Below, in pieces: positions 19,346 through 28,058 of a DNA stretch of 64,000 bases. Both the position numbers and the translations under genes were made by a program. The notes beneath the pieces are model-generated. The model was not told the DNA's origin. It saw nothing but the letters and a program-made list of their open reading frames with translations, and searched no databases. Source of the DNA: Bacteroidales bacterium UBA3623 (lineage in GTDB: Bacteria > Bacteroidota > Bacteroidia > Bacteroidales > UBA932); assembly GCA_002373715.1 (NCBI GenBank), contig DFLI01000051.1, positions 35,797 to 99,796 on the forward strand, given 5' to 3'. The number at the start of each line of letters is the position of its first letter. Within the stretch, counting starts at the first letter, position 1.

Positions 19346-20791
19346 ATGAAAAGGAAACTGATCACCGCGCTGGCGCTCATCCTGGCAGTAGCCTGTGGAA
19401 AGACTCCTGACCCCGATCCCATTCCCGACAACAAGGACGACGGATTGTATGACCTTTCGCAAGTGACTGTCATGGACTCCGGCACCATCTCTCTTGAGCA
19501 GTTCTATCAGGGACTGCTGCAAGAGTCTTCATCCTCCAACGATGATTACGACCCCGCCCTGTACGACTATTATTCCAGCCTGCTGAAACAAGCGCAAGGC
19601 ACCCAGACCAAGGCAGAGAGCGGCAGCATGAGCTATGCCTGGACCATTCTCCGTTACACTACAAAGGATGTTTCCGGCAAAAACATAGAGTGCTCCGAAG
19701 CGCTGGTGTGGCCTATCAGCTCGAACGGTTCACAGCAAGCAAGAAACGTACTGATTGGCTGTCATGTCACCATCACCGGAGACGAGCAGCGCCCCAGCAA
19801 TTTTACCAACGGGGGCGTTTCCAATGACGTAAATTTGCTGGCCACCTTTGCCAGCCCGCTCTCCCAGAGCGCGTTGGTGATCCTGCCCGACTACGAAGGG
19901 TACGGTGCCACCCGCAACCACCATCATCCCTATTGCAACCGCGAAGTAACATCCCTACAGGTAGTGGATGGTGCCAAGGCGGGCATTGCCTGGTATGAGA
20001 AAGAAAAGAATAAACTGGCCGATGGCTGGAAGTCGGTGGCTGTTGGCTATTCTCAGGGTGGCGCAGCAGCGGCCGGAGTGTATCGCTATTGCCGCGAACA
20101 TAGCGAGAGCGGCCTTCGCCTGGCCGGTGCCATCTGCGCAGACGGGCCGTACGACCTTATGGCAACGCTGACTGAATACGCCCATAGCGGACAGTTGTAT
20201 ATGCCCATTGCCGCTGCCCTTATCCTGAAGGGTGCAATAGATACCAACCCCCGCCTCAAGGAGTTGGGCTGCACTTATGCAGACTTCTGCTCACCGGAGT
20301 TCATAAGAACGGGAATCTTCGACTGGCTTAAGGACAAGGAGGTAGCCGGGAACAAAATGAACAAACAACTGCTCAGCGCCCTTGGCTTGGATCCGCAGGG
20401 ATACGCTCCCATTGAGATGTGCTTCAAGCCTTCCCTGCTGGCCTATTTCAAGGACGGCAGCGTGGACGGAGATATATCGGCCGATAAACTCCAGGCCCTC
20501 CGGCAGTGCCTGGAGGAGAATTCCCTCTCCTACGGCGGATGGATGCCCCCGCAGGCCTCCGGCCTCACCTTCTTCCATTCAACCACAGACGATGTGGTGC
20601 CCCCGATTAACCTCTACACCATGGATGACCAGTGGGCCAGCCAGAGCGACCATTATAGCACCTACCTTTACACCTCCTCCGCCCTGGGCTCCCATACCAC
20701 TACCGGCAACATGTTCTTTATCCAGTTCTGTTCCGGTTACATTGACGACATCCTGAACGGCAAATGGTCTTCCCAGCATAAGAAATTATAA
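19346..20791 (+). CDS. Secretory lipase-like alpha/beta hydrolase lipoprotein
   Basis: AVAC lipobox; PDYEGYG, HPY, GYSQGG, GPYD, HSTTDDVVP. Confidence 0.82.
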   Translation: MKRKLITALALILAVACGKTPDPDPIPDNKDDGLYDLSQVTVMDSGTISLEQFYQGLLQESSSSNDDYDPALYDYYSSLLKQAQGTQTKAESGSMSYAWTILRYTTKDVSGKNIECSEALVWPISSNGSQQARNVLIGCHVTITGDEQRPSNFTNGGVSNDVNLLATFASPLSQSALVILPDYEGYGATRNHHHPYCNREVTSLQVVDGAKAGIAWYEKEKNKLADGWKSVAVGYSQGGAAAAGVYRYCREHSESGLRLAGAICADGPYDLMATLTEYAHSGQLYMPIAAALILKGAIDTNPRLKELGCTYADFCSPEFIRTGIFDWLKDKEVAGNKMNKQLLSALGLDPQGYAPIEMCFKPSLLAYFKDGSVDGDISADKLQALRQCLEENSLSYGGWMPPQASGLTFFHSTTDDVVPPINLYTMDDQWASQSDHYSTYLYTSSALGSHTTTGNMFFIQFCSGYIDDILNGKWSSQHKKL

Positions 20792-20805
20792 TGATCACAA
20801 AGAAT

Positions 20806-21804
20806 ATGAAAAAGAACTTTTTTGGCAAAGCATTGATTCTTGCCGCAACAGCGCTGATGGCGCTTGCATGTACAAAGGATAACACCCAGAAGAAAGTAGC
20901 GGTACTGCTTCCGGACGCCAACACAATAGACCGTTGGGCCACCGACAAGGCCAATCTGGAGACGGTAATGGGTAAGTACGGCTTCCAAACCACTTTCTAC
21001 ATTGCCCCGGAAACAGCCGCCGGAGCAGAGAAGCAGGTGGAACAGCTTCGGGAAGCCCTCCGCGCCGGAGCCAAGTACATTGTGCTAACGGCCATTGACT
21101 ATCAGAAGATTAACGAGTCCGGGCTGCTTGAGCAGTATCCCGACGTAAAGGTAGTTTGCCACGACCGTTTTGTTCTTGACAACTCCCGCATAGCTTATAT
21201 TTCTTCCACCGACACCAAGGAAATCGGCCGTATGCAGGCCATGTTCCTGCTCAATCATTTCCATTCCTCCGGTGCGGCTACCATGACCATCGAATTCCTG
21301 GAGGGCCCCGAGACCGACATCAACGCCAAGGATTACTTCGAGGGCGCCATGGAGCTTCTCAAGAAATACATCGACAACAATCAACTGGTAGTCAAGAGTG
21401 GCAAGAAAACATATGCTCAGGTAAAGGCCGACAGCTGGGACACTGCCGACGGCCGCAAAGCCATGCAGGACCGCCTTACCAGTTATGGACTTGGTGAACG
21501 CCCGGATATGATTCTTGCCGCCATCGACAACCTGGCTCAGGGAGCCATTGAGGCGCTGGAAGAAGCAGGAATAACGGACATGCCGGTGATCACCGGTCAG
21601 GACAACACCGCCATGGCACAGAGTAATATCAAGCACGGCAAACAGGCCATGACCATAGACAAGAACCTGCAGGATATGGCCTACAACACAGGCCTGATTG
21701 TTAACAACCTAGTCTCCCATTCCCCCATCCAAACCAGCCAGAGCATCTCCGGAATCCCGGTACTCTACTCCAAGATTACCCTGATGACCGTAGACAGCTA
21801 TTAA
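20806..21804 (+). CDS. Sugar-binding periplasmic lipoprotein (XylF/ChvE-like)
   Basis: ALAC lipobox; DRWATD, HDR, GRMQA, GPETDINA, ITGQD, QAMTIDK; alternative start 20791. Confidence 0.85.
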   Translation: MKKNFFGKALILAATALMALACTKDNTQKKVAVLLPDANTIDRWATDKANLETVMGKYGFQTTFYIAPETAAGAEKQVEQLREALRAGAKYIVLTAIDYQKINESGLLEQYPDVKVVCHDRFVLDNSRIAYISSTDTKEIGRMQAMFLLNHFHSSGAATMTIEFLEGPETDINAKDYFEGAMELLKKYIDNNQLVVKSGKKTYAQVKADSWDTADGRKAMQDRLTSYGLGERPDMILAAIDNLAQGAIEALEEAGITDMPVITGQDNTAMAQSNIKHGKQAMTIDKNLQDMAYNTGLIVNNLVSHSPIQTSQSISGIPVLYSKITLMTVDSY

Positions 21805-21823
21805 AAATCAACAGTGTACGCAC

Positions 21824-21967
21824 ATGAACAAAGAAAAGATAAACAAATTGGATTATGAGTCCCCACAGCTAATTGTGATGGAAATCCAACCGGGCCATTC
21901 GTTGCTGCAGGCCAGCAAAGACGATTATATCGACGGCGGGGACGATACCTGGGGAATAACTGTATAG
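21824..21967 (+). CDS. 47-aa small peptide with YxxP leader (candidate RiPP-like precursor); not in ORF track
   Basis: MNKEKINKLDYESPQLIVMEIQPGHSLLQASKDDYIDGGDDTWGITV*; fills intergenic gap and stops 7 bp before next gene. Confidence 0.75.
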   Translation: MNKEKINKLDYESPQLIVMEIQPGHSLLQASKDDYIDGGDDTWGITV

Positions 21968-21974
21968 GGAGGGA

Positions 21975-22826
21975 ATGAAGATGAGAAAGAATAATCTGTT
22001 TGTGCTACTTGCCGCCGCCATGTCGGCCGGCACTGTCTTCTACTCTTGCAACCGATTTGAAGAACAACTGCAGCCGCAAGAGCCACAGGAGCAGGGAACA
22101 TCTGCGTACACCCTGAAGGTGAAAGCCGAAAAAGGAACGGCCACCAAAGCCTTGACCGATGAAGGGGTTACCTTGAAAGCCTCCTGGGCAGCGGGAGATG
22201 ATGTAGAAGTGTACAATGTGGGTGGGGATCACCTTGGAACGCTGGTTCCTGCAGTGAGCAGTACCTCTTCGACAACCTTGTCGGGCAACTTGACAACAGC
22301 CCCTGCGATGGATGAAGTCCTAACGCTCAAATTCCGTTCGAACAACTATGCCACCCAGCAGGGAACTTTGGAGTATATAGCAGCCAACTGCGACTACGCT
22401 ACGGCAGAGGTCACCGTGACGGCGGTTAGTGGTAATAGCATTGAAACCACTCCGGCCCATTTCGTGAGCCAGCAGGCCATTGTGAAATTTACGCTCAGGA
22501 ATTCCGGCGATACGGGCGATTTGAACGTAACTCAGTTGCTGGTTAATGATGGCACCAACACCTATACCATAACCCCGGTCTCTGCAACCCCCAGTGTGCT
22601 CTATGTGGCCATTGAGGGTTTCTCTGAGCAAACCGTCACCATGACGGCCAACACCGGGAGCGCATATTATGACAGGACCAAGGCCGATGTCACGTTCGAG
22701 AATGGAAAATTCTATCGGATAAAAGCCCTGATGACGCAACGAACGTTGAAAAGTATCTCCATCAGTGGACTTGAACCGGTTCCCATGTATTACTATGGCG
22801 GGGCTCTTCAGATTAATGCACGCTAA
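21975..22826 (+). CDS. Fimbrillin/Mfa1-like (type V pilin) lipoprotein, possibly C-terminally truncated
   Basis: FYSC lipobox; ATKAL processing motif, WAAGDDVEVY, Y..Q.GTL.YI...CDYATA, QAIVKFTL, ENGKFY. Confidence 0.7.
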   Translation: MKMRKNNLFVLLAAAMSAGTVFYSCNRFEEQLQPQEPQEQGTSAYTLKVKAEKGTATKALTDEGVTLKASWAAGDDVEVYNVGGDHLGTLVPAVSSTSSTTLSGNLTTAPAMDEVLTLKFRSNNYATQQGTLEYIAANCDYATAEVTVTAVSGNSIETTPAHFVSQQAIVKFTLRNSGDTGDLNVTQLLVNDGTNTYTITPVSATPSVLYVAIEGFSEQTVTMTANTGSAYYDRTKADVTFENGKFYRIKALMTQRTLKSISISGLEPVPMYYYGGALQINAR

Positions 22827-22852
22827 AACGTGAAACTTTGAGTGAACGAAAG

Positions 22853-25800
22853 ATGAAAAAGATAAAATTCATTCTTGCTGCATTGCTCTTTTTGGTGGGA
22901 GCACAGTTGGGACAGGCCTATACCATCAACGACCGCGGTATCAAAGGCAGCGGCACGCTTGAAGACCCCTATCTTATCAATTCGGCTGAGGACTGGAAAA
23001 TTATGTCCATTTTTCAGTCCGGCAATGTGGCTGGAGCCAGCGATATAAACCTTACGGGCAAATATGTCAAGCTTACGGCCGATATCAGCGTTGGGGAATA
23101 TATGTTGGGTGCAGATAACCCGTTCCGGGGCATTTTTGACGGAAACGGCCACACGGTCACGTACCGGTTCAAAATCCCTACAGACCATGTGCCGGTATTA
23201 TATGATTATAGGGCCCCCTTCCGTTTTCTGGGGGATGGCGCCGTCATCAAGAATCTGCACGTCACGGGCCTTATAGAGTCCTATCAAAAATACAACGCCG
23301 GCTTGGTGAGTGAGGTGAAAGAGGATGCCACGGTGACCATCAGCAACTGTTGGGTGAGTATGACACTTGACGAATATGGCCCCAGGGACGCTGACGCCAC
23401 CAACGGCGGAATTGTCGCCCACACGTGCAAGGGGTCCGTTACAACCATTACGGACTGCCTCTTTGATGGCGTATTTAAGACGGGCGGTGGTAATTACAGT
23501 GACTATTGCGGCGGCCTGGTGGGTTATAAAAACGGGAAACTGGTCCTGATCAATTGCCTTTTCAGACCTTCCAGCATAGACATCACAACCACCAGCCATT
23601 GCAAGACATTGGCCCGCTATAACGACACCAAGAACCTGGTTTTCGAAAACTGCTACTATACCCAGACCTTTGGCGAGGCCCAAGGTAGGGACGCCAGCGG
23701 TATGGCCGAAAACGAGTTGTTGGGAAGACTGGGCAGCAACTGGCAGATGTCCGCCGGGGGCAAGGTGGTCCCGGCTACAATTGTAGTGAACCCGTTCTAT
23801 GGAAGCGGTGACTCGGAGTCGGATCCCTATCTCATCTCGTCGCCCGGCAACTGGAACTATCTGGCCGAAAAGGTGAGGACGGGAAGCACTTACAGCGGTA
23901 AATTCTTCAAACTGGTCACGGACATTACGGTCAATACCATGGTGGGCGTGAGCAACAGCAAGTACTTTGGCGGCACCTTTGACGGTGGCGGGAACACGCT
24001 TGTCTTCAACTATACTTCCGTGCAGGAGTATTGCGCTCCGTTCCGGTACATCCACGGTGCCACCATCAAGAACCTGCAAACTGCCGGCATCATCAATGCC
24101 TCGGCCAAGTATGCCGCAGGTATTGCCGGCTATGCCCAGAATATAAACCATATTACTTCCTGCAGGAGCAGTGTTGTCATCATGAGCAGCATCGATGGCG
24201 ACGGAAGTCACGGTGGCCTGGTGGGTGAAGTGGTGAAGGGAAACACGGACGTTTATTTTGAAGATTGCCTTTTCGACGGTATCTTCTCAGGAGCGAAGAC
24301 CGAGAAGTGGGGCGGCTTCGTGGGCTGGAACGAGAATGGGCCGGACAGCCATTTCTATCATTGCCTGTTCAATCCTTCCTCCGTGGGTGTTGACACGGAC
24401 GGCTGCTATACGTATGCCCGGAGAAGTGATTCTGATGACATTCACTTCTACGAGAACAAAAAGAGTTACTATACGTACCTGCTGAATAATGCGCAGGGCT
24501 GGGATGGTGGGGGGAAGACTGCCGCAGAGCTGGTTGCTCTCCTCGGCGCCAACTGGGAAGTGGTTGCCGATCGCGCGGTGCCCAAGTTTACCAAATCACA
24601 AGACATCAAGAATTTCCCGGGCAATGGTACGCCGGAAGACCCGTATCTCATCGCAGAACCGGCCCATTGGCTTAAGCTTGAATCTGAGTTGGCGAAAGGA
24701 TTCACTTATGACGGATATTACTTCAAGCTGGTGGCGGATTTGACCATCAGCCGAATGGCGGGTCTTGATACGAAGCCTTTCTCCGGAGTATTTGATGGAG
24801 ACGGGCATATCCTCACCCTGAACCTTACCGGGACCAGCGAGATCAAATATGTCGCTCTCTTCGGCTGTCTGGACGGTGCTACCATCAAGAACCTTCACTT
24901 GGCTGGAAACGTGACGTCCGATCAGTATCCTGCGGCAGTGGCAGCCTATGTCAGCAGCAATGGTACTCACAGGTCCAGTACCATTGTAAACTGCGAAAAC
25001 TCGGCCGCCATCCATTCCACCTCTTCCGGTAATGTTTACGCCGGGTCCTATGTGGGGCGTGTTGTAGCTATGAACTATGATGCGGATCTCATCATTGACG
25101 CTTGTTCTTTTCTGGGAAGCATTGATCTGAGTGCGGGGAAAAGCGGAGGTGGTTTTATTGGAAAGGTTGAATCAAGTGGCTCCGTCCGTGTGAAATACTG
25201 CCTGTTTACCCCGTCTTCCCTTTCCATCAAAGAAATTGATGACAGCGATGGAAAGTTTTATATGTTTGGACCTAATCTGAGTGCCAGCAGCAGTTGCTAT
25301 AATTCGCTGGCGCTCGATTATCGGTCTCCGACCGGCAATAAGCCGTTGGTCACTTCTCAGCAGGGTCAATTAATTCGTACGGTCAGCGGTGGAGATTATA
25401 TTACCGTGGCCATAGATGGAACGCCAACGGAACACAACGTCAGCGGAATTACCACCTATAAGAACGGAAATGATGATCGTCCAGGCTTCGTTTATGGTAA
25501 TGAGATCTGTGGTGGAGAAAACTTCTATTTGTATCTTCTCCTGAGCTATGGGGGCGATAAGGAAACCTTCTACGAGTACGTTGCCAATCACGGCACCCTT
25601 TCGGGCTCTGAGAAGACCTGTATCAATGATCACTATGAACATCGTATGGCTGATGCTAATACAGTGATCAGCGCCTCCGGTGTTGTGGTCCTCCGGGATG
25701 ATGTGAACAACAGTGAGGTCATAACGCAGATGGCCGGGCAGTCCAAAAACGTGACGGTTGGCCGTACGTTTGTCCACGGTGCGTGGAACAGCATCTGTTT

Positions 25801-26218
25801 GCCGTTCAACGTTTCTGCCGCTACTGTCAGTAAGGTATTTGGGGACGCTACTCAGCTGAGACGATTGAGCAGTTCTGAATTTACGGATGGGGCACTTTCC
25901 CTTTCTTTTGAAAGTATTGAGGTGTCGCTGGCAGGTACTATCATCATAGAGGCCGGAAAACCTTACATTATCAAGCCTTCCAAAGCTGCAGACGTAGTGA
26001 ATCCTGTCTTCGGGGGTGTAACCATCGTGAACAGTTCCACGCCCACTGTAACAGACGTGGCAACCTTCACTCCGGTTATCAATGTGAAGACCCTCCCTGC
26101 GCGCGATATGACCATCCTCTTCATTACAGGTGACGGGCAGTTGTCCTTCCCGCTCAATAACGAGAGCATCAAGGGCTTCCGCGCGTACATCCTGCTCACC
26201 GGCGCCGCCGCCCAATAG
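22853..26218 (+). CDS. Large secreted repeat protein (GLUG/ZmpB-like beta-helical repeats), putative adhesin
   Basis: Signal peptide; three repeats starting GSG...DPYLI...W..L...G.Y.KL..DI...F.G.FDG.G; C-terminal WNSICLPF/EAGKPYII/KGFRAY domain; start ATG 22853. Confidence 0.75.
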   Translation: MKKIKFILAALLFLVGAQLGQAYTINDRGIKGSGTLEDPYLINSAEDWKIMSIFQSGNVAGASDINLTGKYVKLTADISVGEYMLGADNPFRGIFDGNGHTVTYRFKIPTDHVPVLYDYRAPFRFLGDGAVIKNLHVTGLIESYQKYNAGLVSEVKEDATVTISNCWVSMTLDEYGPRDADATNGGIVAHTCKGSVTTITDCLFDGVFKTGGGNYSDYCGGLVGYKNGKLVLINCLFRPSSIDITTTSHCKTLARYNDTKNLVFENCYYTQTFGEAQGRDASGMAENELLGRLGSNWQMSAGGKVVPATIVVNPFYGSGDSESDPYLISSPGNWNYLAEKVRTGSTYSGKFFKLVTDITVNTMVGVSNSKYFGGTFDGGGNTLVFNYTSVQEYCAPFRYIHGATIKNLQTAGIINASAKYAAGIAGYAQNINHITSCRSSVVIMSSIDGDGSHGGLVGEVVKGNTDVYFEDCLFDGIFSGAKTEKWGGFVGWNENGPDSHFYHCLFNPSSVGVDTDGCYTYARRSDSDDIHFYENKKSYYTYLLNNAQGWDGGGKTAAELVALLGANWEVVADRAVPKFTKSQDIKNFPGNGTPEDPYLIAEPAHWLKLESELAKGFTYDGYYFKLVADLTISRMAGLDTKPFSGVFDGDGHILTLNLTGTSEIKYVALFGCLDGATIKNLHLAGNVTSDQYPAAVAAYVSSNGTHRSSTIVNCENSAAIHSTSSGNVYAGSYVGRVVAMNYDADLIIDACSFLGSIDLSAGKSGGGFIGKVESSGSVRVKYCLFTPSSLSIKEIDDSDGKFYMFGPNLSASSSCYNSLALDYRSPTGNKPLVTSQQGQLIRTVSGGDYITVAIDGTPTEHNVSGITTYKNGNDDRPGFVYGNEICGGENFYLYLLLSYGGDKETFYEYVANHGTLSGSEKTCINDHYEHRMADANTVISASGVVVLRDDVNNSEVITQMAGQSKNVTVGRTFVHGAWNSICLPFNVSAATVSKVFGDATQLRRLSSSEFTDGALSLSFESIEVSLAGTIIIEAGKPYIIKPSKAADVVNPVFGGVTIVNSSTPTVTDVATFTPVINVKTLPARDMTILFITGDGQLSFPLNNESIKGFRAYILLTGAAAQ

Positions 26219-26239
26219 CGATTCAATTGTTTTTACCAG

Positions 26240-26296
26240 TTTTTACAAACATTTGTGGCGTTTTGACAGAAGGATAGATAGGAGTATATATCTTTG
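26240..26296 (+). promoter_or_regulatory. Putative activator site plus -7 box, shared with 16057-16113
   Basis: TTTTTACAAACATTTGT.GGCGTTTTGAC, with TATCTTTG at 26289. Confidence 0.5.
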
Positions 26297-26327
26297 CCTC
26301 AGAAAGAAACCACAAGCATAAAGAGAT

Positions 26328-27401
26328 ATGAAAAAGAAAAGCATCATCGTCCTGGCTAGCATAGTTGCCGTCTGTGCCATCGGCCTTCTTGCTTCCTATC
26401 TGTTCAGCTGGCCCGTCAGCAACGACAATGCCAGCGGCAATATAGGCAAGTCTTCCCGCTTCTCGCGCAAAACCGCTACCGAGCGCATAGATAATATGGA
26501 GGAGCTCCTCAGGGCCGATGAAGACTACAAGAACAGCATCGTTCTGGCCTATTCGGTTATGCAGGCCCGCGCCATTCAGTTTGGCAATCTAGTGGATATG
26601 TCCAACCAGGTAGCCGGAGACATCCCTGAATTTGAAGGCGTGCTCAAGGACATGAACGACATGGCTCCCATCTTTACCAATGTAGCCAACGCCCTGGTAG
26701 AAGCCGGTAATAACCTTAATACTGTTCTGGCAGGCAATTCCTGCCCCGATGTAACCCAGAGCACCATCAACGCTTCCCTGTCTTACACCACTCTCCAGAA
26801 ACAGAATCACCTGGCCAACCGCTTCATCGACACCACGGACAGGTACGTCAAGAAGGCCGATGCCACCGAGCAGCTCATGCTGGTGCGTGACCTGTGGCTG
26901 GAATACCAGCAGATGACCGCCGCCCTGGAAGGAGACAAAAAAGCCGCCAAAGAGCTGGATAAGAAGGGCGTGCTCCTGACTGCCGAACAGGCATTAAAAG
27001 CCAGCGAATCCTTTAATGTAGTAAATCTGGCAGGCATCGTTACCAGCAATGATATGCTCGGCGGACTTGTGCCCATGGCGATTTTCGATCCGCTCCGTAA
27101 CGTTGAAATCAGCCCTGATATCTTGAACAGTCAAACCACTGACTTGCTTGGATTCTCGGTTTCCAATCCCGCAAATATTTACTTCGGCCGGCTTTTTTAC
27201 TTCAACGAAGGTGTTGATAATCTCGTTAAGAACAGTTTGAACCAGCCGGAACTTTTTGTTAATGGGCGACCCAGAATCCTTGATGAGAGAGTCAAAATCC
27301 TTAATGCCGGGCCCAAGATCATTAATATGACGCAAATCAACGATGTCATCTGCCAAACCGCCAATGGCAACGTAGAACGCCTGGAGCTCAAACACAGATA
27401 A
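26328..27401 (+). CDS. Hypothetical N-terminally anchored helical protein
   Basis: 357-aa ORF with one N-terminal TM and own promoter; no recognised motif. Confidence 0.7.
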   Translation: MKKKSIIVLASIVAVCAIGLLASYLFSWPVSNDNASGNIGKSSRFSRKTATERIDNMEELLRADEDYKNSIVLAYSVMQARAIQFGNLVDMSNQVAGDIPEFEGVLKDMNDMAPIFTNVANALVEAGNNLNTVLAGNSCPDVTQSTINASLSYTTLQKQNHLANRFIDTTDRYVKKADATEQLMLVRDLWLEYQQMTAALEGDKKAAKELDKKGVLLTAEQALKASESFNVVNLAGIVTSNDMLGGLVPMAIFDPLRNVEISPDILNSQTTDLLGFSVSNPANIYFGRLFYFNEGVDNLVKNSLNQPELFVNGRPRILDERVKILNAGPKIINMTQINDVICQTANGNVERLELKHR

Positions 27402-27413
27402 TTCTTCGGGGAT

Positions 27414-28052
27414 TTATTTTAGTAGCTGGGCAAAATCATCTATAACAGAATCGGCTCCGGCGGCCAGGAGTTCTGCGCGATTGGAATTGCCGTAGCTTAC
27501 GCCGCAGGTGCGGGCCCCGGCGCCGGCACCCATTCTAATGTCTACAGGCATATCCCCTACTACCAGGGCTTCATCGGCCTGATAGCCCAATTCGCGAAGA
27601 GTTTTTAGCACGGGCTCCGGGTCCGGCTTGGCCTTGCTCACATTGTCTCCTCCCAGCACATAGGAGAAGTACTGCGCCACGCCCATTTCCTGCAGGAATT
27701 CGTTCAGGGACTGGTTGGAGCGGGAAGAAGCTACGGTGAGTACATAGCCTTTTTCATGCAGCACCGCCAGTGTTTCCTTTACATGCGGGAACAGCACGGG
27801 TAAATACTTATCCTTAAGGGAATAGAACACTTCCCGGCATTTGACGGCCCAGGCGGGAATTTCTTCCTCCTGCACTCCCGGGAACAGCGTGCGGATGCAG
27901 CCCGCCATGGGAAGGCCAATCACAGCCGTAATCTGTTCCGGAGTAGGCACGGGATATTGCATCTGCCGGGCCAGTTCCTGGTTGGTTTCTACAATGAGGC
28001 GGTTGGTGTCGGCCAGGGTGCCGTCAAAGTCAAAGATATAGAGCTTAATCAT
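27414..28052 (-). CDS. HAD-family phosphatase (Gph-like)
   Basis: FDFDGTLAD, KPDPEP, VGDMPVDI motifs; 6 bp downstream of ABC gene. Confidence 0.92.
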   Translation of the reverse strand: MIKLYIFDFDGTLADTNRLIVETNQELARQMQYPVPTPEQITAVIGLPMAGCIRTLFPGVQEEEIPAWAVKCREVFYSLKDKYLPVLFPHVKETLAVLHEKGYVLTVASSRSNQSLNEFLQEMGVAQYFSYVLGGDNVSKAKPDPEPVLKTLRELGYQADEALVVGDMPVDIRMGAGAGARTCGVSYGNSNRAELLAAGADSVIDDFAQLLK

Positions 28053-28058
28053 AGATTT

